Assembly (NCBI GenBank): GCA_002269645.1
Contig: NIVC01003968.1
Location: forward strand, 1 to 64,000
Source: Macrostomum lignano
Lineage: Eukaryota
Direction of reading: 5' to 3'
DNA length: 64,000 nucleotides
Below the pieces are notes generated by a model that saw only the letters and a list, made by a program, of their open reading frames with translations, did not search any database and had not been told where the DNA came from. The position numbers and the translations under genes were made by a program. Below are positions 38,369 through 51,012 of this stretch, piece by piece (position 1 is the stretch's first letter; each line of letters begins with the position of its first letter).

Positions 38369-38961
38369 TATTGCATAAAAAATAAACTTATGATTATGTG
38401 CGACTGACGTTAGATTCGATCAACTTTCCTTTCCTCGCGGCTGCTTAGTTTCGTAACTTCAGGGTTGAATTGTGATGAGTGAGAAGTTGTCACAATAAGT
38501 AAGAAAATTTTCATCTCGCTTGGAGAGTGGAACTTTTGACTGTTGCTGAGTGATATTCGTTAAAACAAATGCATGGTTCTCTAAATCCCTTTCTAAAATG
38601 GGTGAATATCTTATCGATTTTTTAGTTGGAAGTTGAATGATTCAGGCTCTAACCGTTAAGACTCGCTTAACATTCTAAGCTTTCTAACATTTCATCCAGC
38701 CCCTAAGTGGAGTGGGGTGGGTGAGCGTGTTATCGATTTTTGCTTGGCTTTACCCCGTACAAGTTTTCGCTAAACCCTCGTAAGTGTTTACGAGCTAATT
38801 GGCATCGACGCTTGCGCGTGAGGAGGGGGTGAAGTGAATATTATCGATTTTTGCGTTGGGCAACAACTCATCTACATAACCCCCCACGCTAGAGAAACCC
38901 CACATTTTATGGCTTTAGCTGTAGTGCCATAGGTATGGACCCAAATTAAAATGAGTTGTCA

Positions 38962-39268
38962 CTTTTATTGCCTTAAATCACCTATGTCTCCATTCACTGA
39001 CTTTAGCTGTTATTACTCTAGTATATTGTGTTTGCTTTAAGATAGGAAAATTAGGCTACGTGATAAAAATGATTAATCAGTCTGGATTAATCGTTTATTT
39101 AATTAAATCATTAAATCATTTAATTAATTAAATGAGTTGACACTTTTATTGCCTTAAATCACCTATGTCTCCATTCACTGACTTTAGCTGTTATTACTCT
39201 AGTATATTGTGTTTGCTCTAAGATAGGAAAATTAGGCTACGTGATAAAAATGATTAATCAGTCTGGAT
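38962..39268. repeat. Two near-identical direct copies of a segment of about 127 bp (period about 180 bp)
   Basis: TTTTATTGCCTTAAATCACCTATG...TCAGTCTGGAT at about 38962 and about 39143. Confidence 0.9.
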
Positions 39269-39413
39269 CTTAAACCCACACTACTCTCCTAAATTCCAAA
39301 GCTTGCCAACATTGCCATCGATTTTGTCCAGTTTTTCTAACTAGTGATGAGATTTTGTGGGATTTTTTGCTGGCGTTGTGAATTCGAACCAGCCTTTGGC
39401 GTTGAACACGGAG

Positions 39414-40570
39414 CACCCCAACTGCCAGCCGACAACTGCCAGCCGGAAAACTGCCAGCCGACAACTGCCAGTCGACAACTGCCAGCCGACAACTGCCAGC
39501 CGACAACTGCCAGTCGACAATTGCCAGTCGACAATTGCCAGCCGAGAAAACTTCCAGCCGGAAAACTGCCAGCCGACAACTGCCAGCGAGAAATCTGCCA
39601 GCCAACAACTGCCAGCCGACAAGTACTAGCTAATTGAATCTACTGTAGCCTACTTATTAGCTAAGTAAAAAGCACGAAACTGTTTGGCTAGCAAAAGGCT
39701 TGTGGGGTAGCCTTACATGTCGCCCTTCCCTTTCCTAATTTTTTCAGATTTCCATTAGAAGTATATATGTGAAGGAGAAGGCATTCTGTAATGCCTATTG
39801 TAAATATTTCTGTATTGATTACATTATTATTTAATTTGCGATTGCTATATGACGCAATCCTAGATAAGTCTATTAAATTACTTTACTTAAATAAAGCTTT
39901 CAAAGAAAGAGCAAAGGCTACATAAATTCGAAATTTGAATGCCTTCTCCTTCACATATATACATGTACTTCTAATGGAAATCTGAAAAAATTAGGAAAGG
40001 GAAGGGCGACATTTAAGGCTACCCCACAAGCCTTTTGCTAGCCAAACAGTTTCGTGCTTTTTACTTAGCTAATAAGTAGGCTACAGTAGATTCAATTAGC
40101 TAGAACTTGTCGGCTGGCAGTTGTTGGCTGGCAGATTTCTCGGCTGGCAGTTGTCGGCAGGCAGTTTTCCGGCTGGCAGTTTTCTCGGCTGGCAATTGTC
40201 GGCTGGCAGTTGTTGGCTGGCAGTTTTCCGGCTGGAAGTTTTCTCGGCTGGCAATTGTCGGCTGGCAATTGTCGACTGGCAGTTTTCCGGCTGGCAGTTT
40301 TCTCGGCTGGCAATTGTCGGCTGGCAGTTGTTGGCTGGCAGTTTTCCGGCTGGAAGTTTTCTCGGCTGGCAGTTGTCGGCAGGCAGTTTTCCGGCTGGCA
40401 GTTTTCTCGGCTGGCAATTGTCGACTGGCAATTGTCGACTGGCAGTTGTCGGCTGGCAGTTTTCCGGCTGGCAGTTTTCTCGGCTAGCAATTGTCGGCTG
40501 GCAATTGTCGACTGGCAGTTTTCCGGCTGGCAGTTGTCGGCTGGCAGTTTTCCGGCTGGCAGTTGGGGTG
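39414..40570. mobile_element. Foldback-type element: long inverted arms with an outer tandem-repeat domain (AACTGCCAGCCG) and a unique inner domain, around a 150-bp spacer
   Basis: 39414-39786 is the reverse complement of 39937-40570, apart from different repeat numbers. Termini are CACCCC...GGGGTG. Spacer 39787-39936. No transposase. Confidence 0.8.
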
Positions 40571-41235
40571 GACCCGTTGAAGGGTCACACTTCGAATCAG
40601 TTTATAAAAGTTTAAAATTCACTGTTTATATAATCGGAAGTAAGAAAAAATTAAAACCTTTATTGGTATTTAACGCATTTTTGTTTATGTTGCGTTCCAG
40701 CACTTTTTCACAGAATAGGACGAATTTATTTAGCTAACAATAAACAGAAAGTAATAAGTAAATAATGGCATAGAGACGCAGTTTAAAAAACTACAATAGT
40801 ACACAAAGAGTATTCTTATATACCCAGTAAAACCAGTGATCATTAATACTACGAGTACATCACTAAGATACGACTGTCTGTTCCAGTGATTCTTATATTT
40901 TACAAGCAAAGTTGTAGTCAGAATCGCTAGTGCATTTATATGCTCTCGTGAAATAAGAATTTGTCTGAGATAAGGACTTTACAGCTCTCGATATGACATT
41001 CTTGTTCATATAACCTGACCGTGATTCAAAGAATGCAAGAATCAAGAAACAACAGAGAGCATCAATTGCTAACAGTCTACACAACAGAGATTTACTGAAA
41101 GAAAGCTGAAAAGTACATGGCTGTTGGAAAACGTTTTTTTTCTAGAAAGAAAGTGATCCAGTTTTACATTTTATATCTACCGGTCTTTAAAATGCAGTAA
41201 AACTGAAAGTAATAATCTAATTATATTTAATGAGG

Positions 41236-44200
41236 TCACCTGGCCAGCAGGTCTCGCAGCTCCTGGCACAGGTCGCCAAAATTGGGCGCCGGTTCGCTCA
41301 GGCAAAAGTACATCTCCCATTGCGACGTCTTCCTACCTTGCAACGTCAACGACAACCGTTTAGGGGCGCCGCTTTCGCCACCGCCACCGCCGCCACCAAG
41401 GTCAGACGTGTCAACGTCGAATTCGACTACCGACATTGCTTCGACGCTGTTGCCACCGCCGCTGCCACCACAGCTAGCCGCAAGTGCCAGCAGCTGCGGC
41501 CGGAGGTGCAGGCCAACTAGGCGAAGGAATTCGGCAGCTACGGGTCCCGCCAGTCGGCCCTGAGGCAGAGCGGCCTGGACGCGTGGCAGACTCCAGCCGG
41601 CCAGTCCAGCAGCAGGTAGGCAAACACGCCGGCTCCGCCCGCCTGTTGAAGCCACTGAGCAGCCGCCTGCTGCTGGCCGGAGCCGCCTGACAGGTCGCCA
41701 GCGCTGCCACCGTCGATGGTACCCCCAGCCGCATTGTTCAGGGAAGTCAACGAAGCAGCTCGGCCCAACGAGCCGGCTCTTGATCCGCCGCCCGCCTTTG
41801 AGCCGCCGCCTGCCTTCGATCCGCCGCCTGCCTTTGATCCGCCGCCTGCCTTTGATCTTTTCAAGCTGCCGCTACGGCTGCGAAACCACGATAAGATGCC
41901 GCCGCCGCTGCCAGACTTGGCGTTCACAACTGTCAGATAGTCGGCTGGGTCGGCCAGGGCAATCTCTATCGCTGCCGATGCGCCATTGGCTGACGCTTGC
42001 TGACTGCCTGCGGCTGTGTCGATGCAGGATTTAATTCAGTTAACTTAATTAAACTAACTATATGCTCGTACGTTTGTGATTTAATAGTAATGGAGAACTG
42101 ACTGTGGTTGGCTGACTGTCATTAGGCGGGTAAGAAAAGATAAGGAGGAAGGAACGATTGTGATTGGCTGCGTACAGTCAGACGGGTAAGAGTTATCTAG
42201 ATAAATGTACAGTAGCCAGACGACTAAATGACTTTTAATTGGCTGAGACTGGTAAGACTACTGACTGACCAGATAAAAACCTGTAGAGATAGGAGAATGA
42301 TAACGCGGTAGTCTATTCTGATAGACTGAAGATGGTTAATGAAGAATAGAATAGAAAGTAAGCGTCAGAATCGCAGTGAAATTTGGCATCCTGGCTCTAC
42401 TCTACCATTTACACTGCTGAGTCTCTCTGAGTCGCAGAAGTTGCAGAAGTCTGCAAACTACATGTTTACAGATTACTCAAATTCTACATTGGTGAAAATG
42501 TCAATTAGGCATTGGAATTGCTTTTTACCAAGACACAACAAAACCAACAAACGCAAATAGATACTCGTAGAAAAAAGAAGATTGATTTTCTTACGCCAGT
42601 GAAACAGATGCGGCAGACGGGCTGGCAAACAGTCCAATAGAAATGACTCGGCAGCTTCTAGCAGAGTCTGTGGCAATCCAGTCAGGTTAGTTAGCCCGGC
42701 GTACAGCAGACAGACGCTCAGGTTGCCATTGGCTACGGAGAGAAGGTGTACAGGCCGGCTGCGCAGGTGACTCGCCGCCTCCTCGTCCGGGAAGGCGTCG
42801 AGATGCACCGGTAGCCAGACAACTCGCAGACGCCGTCGGCCGGCTGGGTAGACGGTGAAGTGTCGGTGCAGCAGCTCGAACAGCCAGCAGGCGTGGCCCA
42901 GCCTGCGGTGCTGCCTGCCGTGCGACAGACAGCCAACTGAGGCTACTCGGCTGCCGGAGTCGGCGAGACTTCCGCCCAGTATGCAGGCGTGTCCGGTGAA
43001 GTCCGGACAGCCGGGACTGCTACCGGACACGAAGTCGGCCAGTAGACGATCGGCGTCCCTGGCCTGGCCGGAGGTCTGACGCCGGGCTGGCCAAGCCAGG
43101 CGGCGAAGGCTCGGCGGTAGGCGGCGCTCCGAGATGGCGGTGAAAAGCACCTGGAGTGGAGCGTTGGGGAGTCAGCACTGAACCACTGGACTATAAGAGG
43201 ACGTAAGACTTAACAATTTCTACGAAGGCATGATCACAAATAGATGAAGAAATACGAAAAGAACAAAGTATCAAAAATGATAATTTTTATCACAATGTTT
43301 TAATTGGTATCCAGGAAATCTGGCACCCTAATAATTGACACGATCTTGGATTTTTATGCAGTCGTGTTAATCACAATGTTTTTTTGAATTGCTCGCAGAA
43401 GCTGAGGGAATTTGAGGACGCGCGCTTTAACTACTAAGAACGCAAGATACATAAAATGTCAGGCAACGGACGCGTTGGTTACGAGCTAGTTTAGCAGCTA
43501 GTTAGTAAACAGTTATGCCACGTTACAGTTATGGGCAATTTGGTTTGAGAGACGGACCCAAAGTCCGCCAGACTGACGAAGATAAACGAGAAACATGTCG
43601 TATGACCGTTTTGTATTTTTTTCACTTTAGAGAGGCACTGCAGGATTGAATTGACGAAAGGAAAATGTATAAAAAAATTCTAGTTCGTCTGAGTACGCTA
43701 CCCTCGTGACCAAATGCTGAGCTGGACACCTCACGTCCAAGCCAAAGTCTGCGCGCGTCACCTTTATCCATAGGCTGAGCTGGACCTCCAAGCCAAAGTC
43801 TTTTTACATCAGCTCAACCCTCAAAAAATGGACAGCTCACGTTAAACATACATCAGTTTACCTGCAATAGCTGGCACAGCGGCTCATTGTAACCGGCGGT
43901 GTCCTCATTAGCCTCCTCCTGACTGCTTGTCTGCACCGGATTTCCTCTCGGCCAGCCCAGCAAAAGGAAAAGGTCCAGCAGGTGGCCCGCCAGTTGCACG
44001 GTATCGGCTCCGGAACCGTTGAGCCAGGCTGTCGGCGCGGCCAGAACGCACACGAGGCGAGCATTGGACAGTTGGCACGGCCGCATTGCCGCTGTCACCT
44101 CCTGGCCGTCCGGATCTTCGAAAGTTAGCGTTCTGTGCAGTTGAGCAAGGTTTGAATATCGATTATGCCGGTTTGTCTATGTTGATTGTTATTTGTAGAT

Positions 44201-47200
44201 TCTGATTGGTTCAGATTGGTCAGTTGGGTAAGAGAGGAGATGAGACGGTCGATGGATGATTCTGATTGGTTCAGATTTGTCTGGGGTAAGAGAGGAAATG
44301 AGACGGTCGATAAATGATTCTGATTGGTTGAGATTGGTCAGTTAGATTAGAGAGGAAATGAAACGGCCAATGGATGATTGGCTCGTATTTGAAAATAATA
44401 AATTTAAAGGGAATAAGACGGTAAGTACGACTTCCCCCCGAGCGCAATGCCAATACAAAGTAAATTTGTTAAAGACATAAACAAGACTTAGTATTAATTA
44501 AAACACTTTATGGATTACAAATACAGTTACCCAATGGCATTCCTTGTGTTTGTAGTTATATATAGGAACGCGAATTGTCAGAGAAGATGTCACATTGTAA
44601 GAGTTTCTGTCATCGTAATATCTATATTATACAGTGTGTTAATGAATAGTGTTAACTCGCCAACTTAGATCGGCGCTAAGCCATATTCAAGATTGATGAA
44701 CCCAAAATAGGAGGAAGATAAACGAGACTTCATTAACTATCTTGAGAAAAGCACATGGGCGGAAGTCACTAAAGGCAGATGAGGCGAGATTTCAAGTCCA
44801 GAATCCAGGCTAATGGAGCTCAACAAAGAGATAAAATTAATGAAACACCTTAGCGATTAGTCCAGAATTCCTTCGAAATTAAAAAGCCCCTAACTTAAAG
44901 TACCAAAGTGTCGGTGTCCGATAAAGAATCGGATTACTGGCCTCAGGCCGCAAAATGTTTCTAAGAATTTTGGATTGCAAATTACCAAAAAACGCTAGAT
45001 TTAATGAAGACGTTTCTTTTAATAAATAATTGCACCTGCCCAAACACGAGGATTTGGGATTAAAATCAACAAGCCTGAACTGCCTGCGTCGTGCTAATCT
45101 CCCTCTAATTTTGTGCCACGGTTTCCATCCACCCACTCACTGATTCTTGAAAGCCACCGCTATAGCAACTATCAATCAGTGTGTCTGGGGCTTCTCTAGG
45201 CTGTCTGTTTTTTTACTAATATGCAGTCCCGAATCACTGGCTTCTCAATTTCTCTTCTCGAGATGTTGTCAGACTGACTGGATTTTCAATCTAGATAATC
45301 TCCGTTTTTCTTTTTAACGTTTTCCTTGACGAAATGACCAAAAATAATAATTAGCTCAGAGAGATAGAAGAGTTAATTATCAGTGAGGAATCATTAAATA
45401 AGGACTGTTAGCTCTATGTTTCTGCCTTTATTATCTGCTTCACACTCTATTTTCTACTTTCACCCTCTGCCCTCTGTTTTACCCTCTGCCCTCTGTTTTA
45501 CCCTCTACCCTCTGTTTTACCCTCTACCCTCTGCTTGACCCTCTACCCTCTGCTTCACCCTCTACCCTCTGCTTCACCCTCTACCCTCTGCTTCACCCTC
45601 TACCCTCTGCTTTACCATCTACCCTCTGCTTCACCATATACCCTCTGCTTCACCATCTACCCTCTGCTTTACCATCTACCCTCTGCTTCACCATCTACCC
45701 TCTGCTTTACCATCTACCCTCTGCTTTACCATCTACCCTCTGCTTCACCATCTACCCTCTGCTTTACCATCTACCCTCTGCTTCACCATCTACCCTCTGC
45801 TTTACCATCTACCCTCTGCTTCACCATCTACCCTCTGCTTTACTATCTACCCTCTGCTTCACCATCTACCCTCTGCTTTACCATCTACCCTCTGCTTCAC
45901 CATCTACCCTCTGCTTTACCATCTACCCTCTGCTTCACCATCTACCCTCTGCTTCACCCTCTACCCTCTGCTTCACCCTCTACCCTTCTGCTTCACCCTC
46001 TACCCCCTGCTTCACCCTCTACCCTCTGCTTCACCCTCTACCCCTGCTTCACCCTCTACCCTCTGCTTCACCCTCTACCCTCTGCTTCACCCTCTACCCT
46101 CTGTTTCCCCCTCTACCCTCTGCTTTACCCTCTACCCTCTGCTTCACCCTCTACCCTCTGTTTCCCCTCTACCCTCTGCTTCACCCTCTACCCTTTTGCT
46201 TCACCCTCTACCCTCTGCTTCACCCTCTACCCTCTGCTTCACCCTCTACCCTCTGCTTCACCCTCTACCCTCTGCTTCACCCTCTACCCTCTGCTTCACC
46301 CTCTACTCTCTGCTTCAAACGTATCGTGAGCCCTAGGCACAACAGAAGAGTTTGAATCAAGCATGAACTCACTGAAAAAACAGGCAGACAAATGACGCAC
46401 AGACTTACCTGCACGGGAATTCGCCAGCACAGCCGACTTGGCCTCCTCGGCGGCCGCGCCGTTCGCTGAGGACTTCGCCCGGCCCGGGAGCAGGTCCGGC
46501 CAGACCGACCAGGCGGCCATCAGGAAGCCGCGCAGGCCGCACAGCCGACTTTGCCGTCTGGGCGGAAACGCGAACAGAACGTCGGCGAAGTCCCCGTTAA
46601 CGCCAGAGGAACCGTCGGCCATGTCTGAGGATCGGACATCGGTTCGCAGCAACAGCAGGCCGTGGGTGTCGGCGATGGGACTGGCAGCTCCACTCTGACC
46701 GCCGCCGCCGCCGCCGCCGCCTCCGCTGCCGACAAGGATGGCGCAGTTGCTCTCAAGATCATAGACTGGCGGCGGCGGCGGCATTTGGGAGGCCGGCAAA
46801 TCCTGCGCAGACTGTTGTTGGCGACGGTTGAAGCTCAAAGTGACGAGACAGGCGCTTCTGCTGGGCTGCTGCTGCTGATGGGTGTCAAGGAGATCGGGAC
46901 AGAAGATCTGGGTTGGAGGACTCCTTCATAAACTGCAGGCTCCCGAGTTAGATAAATTAAATGCCTTCTATCTTATTCTATCCATCTAGCACGTCACTTA
47001 TATTGATACATCTAGAACGCCCCGTATAAATCTAGCACGACTAGCACACCTCATATGCATCTTGCACGTCTCATATCCCTCTAGAGCAAGCTTCATACGT
47101 ATCTAGCACTTTTCATATGCATCTTGCACGCCTCATATCTCTCTAGAGCAAGCCTCATACGCATCTAGCACGCCTCGTATACATCTAGCACGCATCATCT

Positions 47201-47586
47201 AGCCTTACCTGATGCCTGGACTGGCGCTCCTCAGCCGGCCTGCGCACGTACTGATCAGCCGGATTGAGCGCGTCGCCAAGCCGCACCGGAATTCCGTTGA
47301 CCCCCACCAGACAATCGTCGATGCGAACACGCCGACTGTCCAGATGCCCGACGCCCGGCGTGAAACCTTTGACAGCCAGTGGGGTATTCTCGTCGACCTC
47401 GTCGCTATTTTTGGCTTGACCAATTGTAGAGGCCTCAGTGCCACGTTTGAGTATGAGTCCGCAGTCCGAGCGGAGGAACTCTTCCAGGGTGCAGTCAGCC
47501 GGAGACGTCAGGCTTGTCAGCATCAGCGTTACGGACATCAGCTGCTGCTGATGCTGCGGCTCCGGATGCGCTTGCCTCTGGCGATG
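41236..47586 (-). CDS. INTU: Inturned (CPLANE ciliogenesis/planar cell polarity effector): PDZ plus longin domains; exons 47586-47209, 46907-46409, 44132-43862, 43150-42595, 41929-41236
   Basis: PDZ LAVKGFTPG...VRIDDCLVGVNG...VTLSF. Longin-1 DVLFAFP...RLCGLRGFLM. C-terminal VFAYLLLD...GV...EF...LQGRK...EMYFCL, resembling the INTU C-terminus as I recall it. All exons have GT-AG ends. There is a 1-nt frameshift at about 41559, and the 46409/44132 junction is off by one base. Confidence 0.75.
44198..44385. repeat. About 3 copies of a roughly 59-bp unit (GATTCTGATTGGTTCAGATT...GAGACGGTCGAT) in an INTU intron
   Basis: Directly visible. Confidence 0.85.
45460..46315. repeat. 19-bp minisatellite (CCCTCTGCTTCACCCTCTA) in an INTU intron
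   Basis: Directly visible. ORF 45535..46329 is its translation. Confidence 0.95.
46983..47203. repeat. Degenerate tandem repeat of about 19-20 bp (CATCTAGCACGCCTCATAT) filling a short INTU intron
   Basis: Repeated CATCTAGCAC words run up to the donor site. Confidence 0.75.
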
Positions 47587-47669
47587 CTGCAAATTAAATT
47601 TTTTATAATCGAAATGCAATTCTGAATGCAGATTGCAAACTATAATGTTTTTTTGTCCAAAGATCTTAA

Positions 47670-48142
47670 CCTAGTATCTGGAGTGGAATGCGTCTCTAGC
47701 CAAACTAAAGAGAACTAGATCTAGTATCTGGAGTGGAATACGTCTCTAGCCAAGCCAAAGAGAACTAGATCTAGTATCTGGAGTGGAATACGTCTCCAGC
47801 CAAGCCAAAGAGAACTAGATCTAGTATCTGGAGTGGAATACGTCTCCAGCCAAGCCAAAGAGAACTAGATCTAGTATCTGGAGTGGAATACGTCTCCAGC
47901 CAAGCCAAAGAGAACTAGATCTAGTATCTGGAGTGGAATACGTCTCCAGCCAAGCCAAAGAGAACTAGATCTAGTATCTGGAGTGGAATACGTCTCCAGC
48001 CAAGCCAAAGAGAACTAGATCTAGTATCTGGAGTGGAATACGTCTCCAGCCAAGCCAAAGAGAACTAGATCTAGTATCTGGAGTGGAATACGTCTCCAGC
48101 CAAGCCAAAGAGAACTAGATCTAGTATCTGGAGTGGAATACA
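47670..48142. repeat. 50-bp minisatellite, about 9 copies
   Basis: Unit AGAACTAGATCTAGTATCTGGAGTGGAATACGTCTCCAGCCAAGCCAAAG, head-to-tail with no spacers. Confidence 0.95.
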
Positions 48143-48467
48143 TCCTGAATTTTCTAAATACAAAAGTTCAAAAGAACATACCACAAAGGCAGGCATCTGC
48201 CAAACTCATTTAATTATGTAAGGCACAAGTTAATTGTCTGTCAATAATAAATATTTTACGAGCGTATTAGCTAATTATCACGGCTAGAAGGAAAAATGAT
48301 CAGTTGAAAATTAACAAAGGTCAACTATAGAAATAAAGAATTACTAAACTACAAATCCGAGAAAGCACCAAGTCCGTTAGCAGACAGCAGTGAAGTGCGT
48401 ATGAAAAATGCAGACATGTTTCATGGCTAAAAAGAGTGCATTTTGCATACCAGTGAACATCTCACAC

Positions 48468-48616
48468 AGGTGGATCTGTCCACAGAGAGATCTGTCACAC
48501 AAGTAGATCTGTCACACAAGTAGATCTGTCACACAAGTAGATCTGTCACACAGGTAGATCTGTCACACAGGTAAATCTGTCACACAGGTAGATCTGTCAC
48601 ACAGGTAGACCTGTCA
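48468..48616. repeat. 17-bp tandem repeat (TAGATCTGTCACACAAG)
   Basis: Directly visible. Confidence 0.9.
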
Positions 48617-48762
48617 CCAAACAATTTGAATTTCCGCTCCGGGCCATCTGAAAGAAAGATTAAAAAAGAAAGGAATGAAATCACGAATATGCAGTATCAA
48701 ATTTAAATTTTGCTGGCACAAACAAACAAATGGATGCTCCGGATGAAGTATTAACTGCTTAC

Positions 48763-48952
48763 TTGGATCGAAGGCACATCTCGACCGGGCTGACTTCAGC
48801 GGTTGGGGGCAGCTCAATGCCCACTGACGATTTTCTTTCCCCTTCAGGTGCCAACGGCGACTCCGAGGTGTCGGCGGATTCTCTGAGCGAGGCGGCGGAC
48901 GAAGTGGCCGAGGATGATGAAGAGTTCTGGTCTGAGAAATTGCCGCGGCAGT
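48763..48952 (-). CDS. Probable upstream exon of INTU (Ser/Ala/Pro-rich)
   Basis: Acceptor ccccatccccag| at 48953 and strong donor |gtaagc at 48762. The frame is open ([15 protein letters not shown]...EMCLRSK). Its phase does not match the 47586 exon directly. Confidence 0.4.
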
Positions 48953-48987
48953 CTGGGGATGGGGGGGGGGCAGCGGCGGGCTTGTAG

Positions 48988-49714
<727 letters not shown>

Positions 49715-49784
49715 TCAAACCCAAAATTACAGCTCGGATACAATGAGCCAGTACAGTACAGAAACATTTTTTAGATCTTAGAGG

Positions 49785-50960
49785 CTGGCGCCCCTTTGTG
49801 CTGGCGCCCCTTGGTGCTGGCGCCCCTTGGTGCTGGCGCCCCTTGGTGCTGGCGCCCCTTGGCGCTAAAGCCCCTTGGTGTTGGCGCCCCTTGGTGCTGG
49901 CGCCCCTTGGTGCTGGCGCTTCTTGGCGCTAAAGCCCCTTGGTGCTAAAGCCCCTTGGTGCTAAAGCCCCTTGGTGCTAAAGCCCCTTGGTGCTAAAGCC
50001 CCTTGGTGCTAAAGCCCCTTGGTGCTAAAGCCCCTTGGTGCTAAAGCCCCTTGGTGCTAAAGCCCCTTGGTGCTAAAGCCCCTTGGTGCTAAAGCCCCTT
50101 GGTGCTAAAGCCCCTTGGTGCTAAAGCCCCTTGGTGCTAAAGCCCCTTGGTGCTAAAGCCCCTTGGTGCTAAAGCCCCTTGGTGCTAAAGCCCCTTGGTG
50201 CTAAAGCCCCTTGGTGCTAAAGCCCCTTGGTGCTAAAGCCCCTTGGTGCTAAAGCCCCTTGGTGCTAAAGCCCCTTGGTGCTAAAGCCCCTTGGTGCTAA
50301 AGCCCCTTGGTGCTAAAGCCCCTTGGTGCTAAAGCCCCTTGGTGCTAAAGCCCCTTGGTGCTAAAGCCCCTTGGTGCTAAAGCCCCTTGGTGCTAAAGCC
50401 CCTTGGTGCTAAAGCCCCTTGGTGCTAAAGCCCCTTGGTGCTAAAGCCCCTTGGTGCTAAAGCCCCTTGGTGCTAAAGCCCCTTGGTGCTAAAGCCCCTT
50501 GGTGCTAAAGCCCCTTGGTGCTAAAGCCCCTTGGTGCTAAAGCCCCTTGGTGCTAAAGCCCCTTGGTGCTAAAGCCCCTTGGTGCTAAAGCCCCTTGGTG
50601 CTAAAGCCCCTTGGTGCTAAAGCCCCTTGGTGCTAAAGCCCCTTGGTGCTAAAGCCCCTTGGTGCTAAAGCCCCTTGGTGCTAAAGCCCCTTGGTGCTAA
50701 AGCCCCTTGGTGCTAAAGCCCCTTGGTGCTAAAGCCCCTTGGTGCTAAAGCCCCTTGGTGCTAAAGCCCCTTGGTGCTAAAGCCCCTTGGTGCTAAAGCC
50801 CCTTGGTGCTAAAGCCCCTTGGTGCTAAAGCCCCTTGGTGCTAAAGCCCCTTGGTGCTAAAGCCCCTTGGTGCTAAAGCCCCTTGGTGCTAAAGCCCCTT
50901 GGTGCTAAAGCCCCTTGGTGCTAAAGCCCCTTGGTGCTAAAGCCCCTTGGTGCTAAAGCC
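49785..50960. repeat. 16-bp minisatellite (GGTGCTAAAGCCCCTT; first copies GGTGCTGGCGCCCCTT)
   Basis: Directly visible, about 70 copies. Confidence 0.98.
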
Positions 50961-51012
50961 GATGAAAAGCTACTTGTAGCTACAAGTTGTACCGTAGGAA
51001 TCCAAATTTTGC

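Larger units (their letters stand above)
35271..38552 (+). mobile_element. Internally deleted Tc1/mariner element with TIRs of about 60 bp, interrupted by a 2.65-kb insertion
   Basis: TIRs ACTCAGCAACAGTCAAAAGTTCCAC.CTC.AAGCGAGATGAA at 35272-35330 and inverted at about 38500-38551. Transposase C-terminus at about 35375-35690: QDNNNAPPH...WPSRSPDMNPIEH...AWQQL...LILGMPRR. Confidence 0.8.

Noticed and set aside
39270-40737. Multiple ENCQPTTASR and LAVVGWQ ORFs
   Set aside because: They come from the foldback arm repeats and are mirrored on both strands.
43570-43605. CTGACGA...GAAAC as a possible hammerhead ribozyme core
   Set aside because: No convincing stem II or flanking stems.
45460-46315. 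CCCT-rich array as a possible telomeric repeat
   Set aside because: The unit is 19 bp, not (TTAGGG)n, and it is intronic. The (TTGG)n array was rejected for the same reason.
47670-48142. Regular 50-bp array with a palindromic core (CTAGATCTAG), superficially CRISPR-like
   Set aside because: Units are head-to-tail with no unique spacers, there are no cas genes, and the context is eukaryotic.
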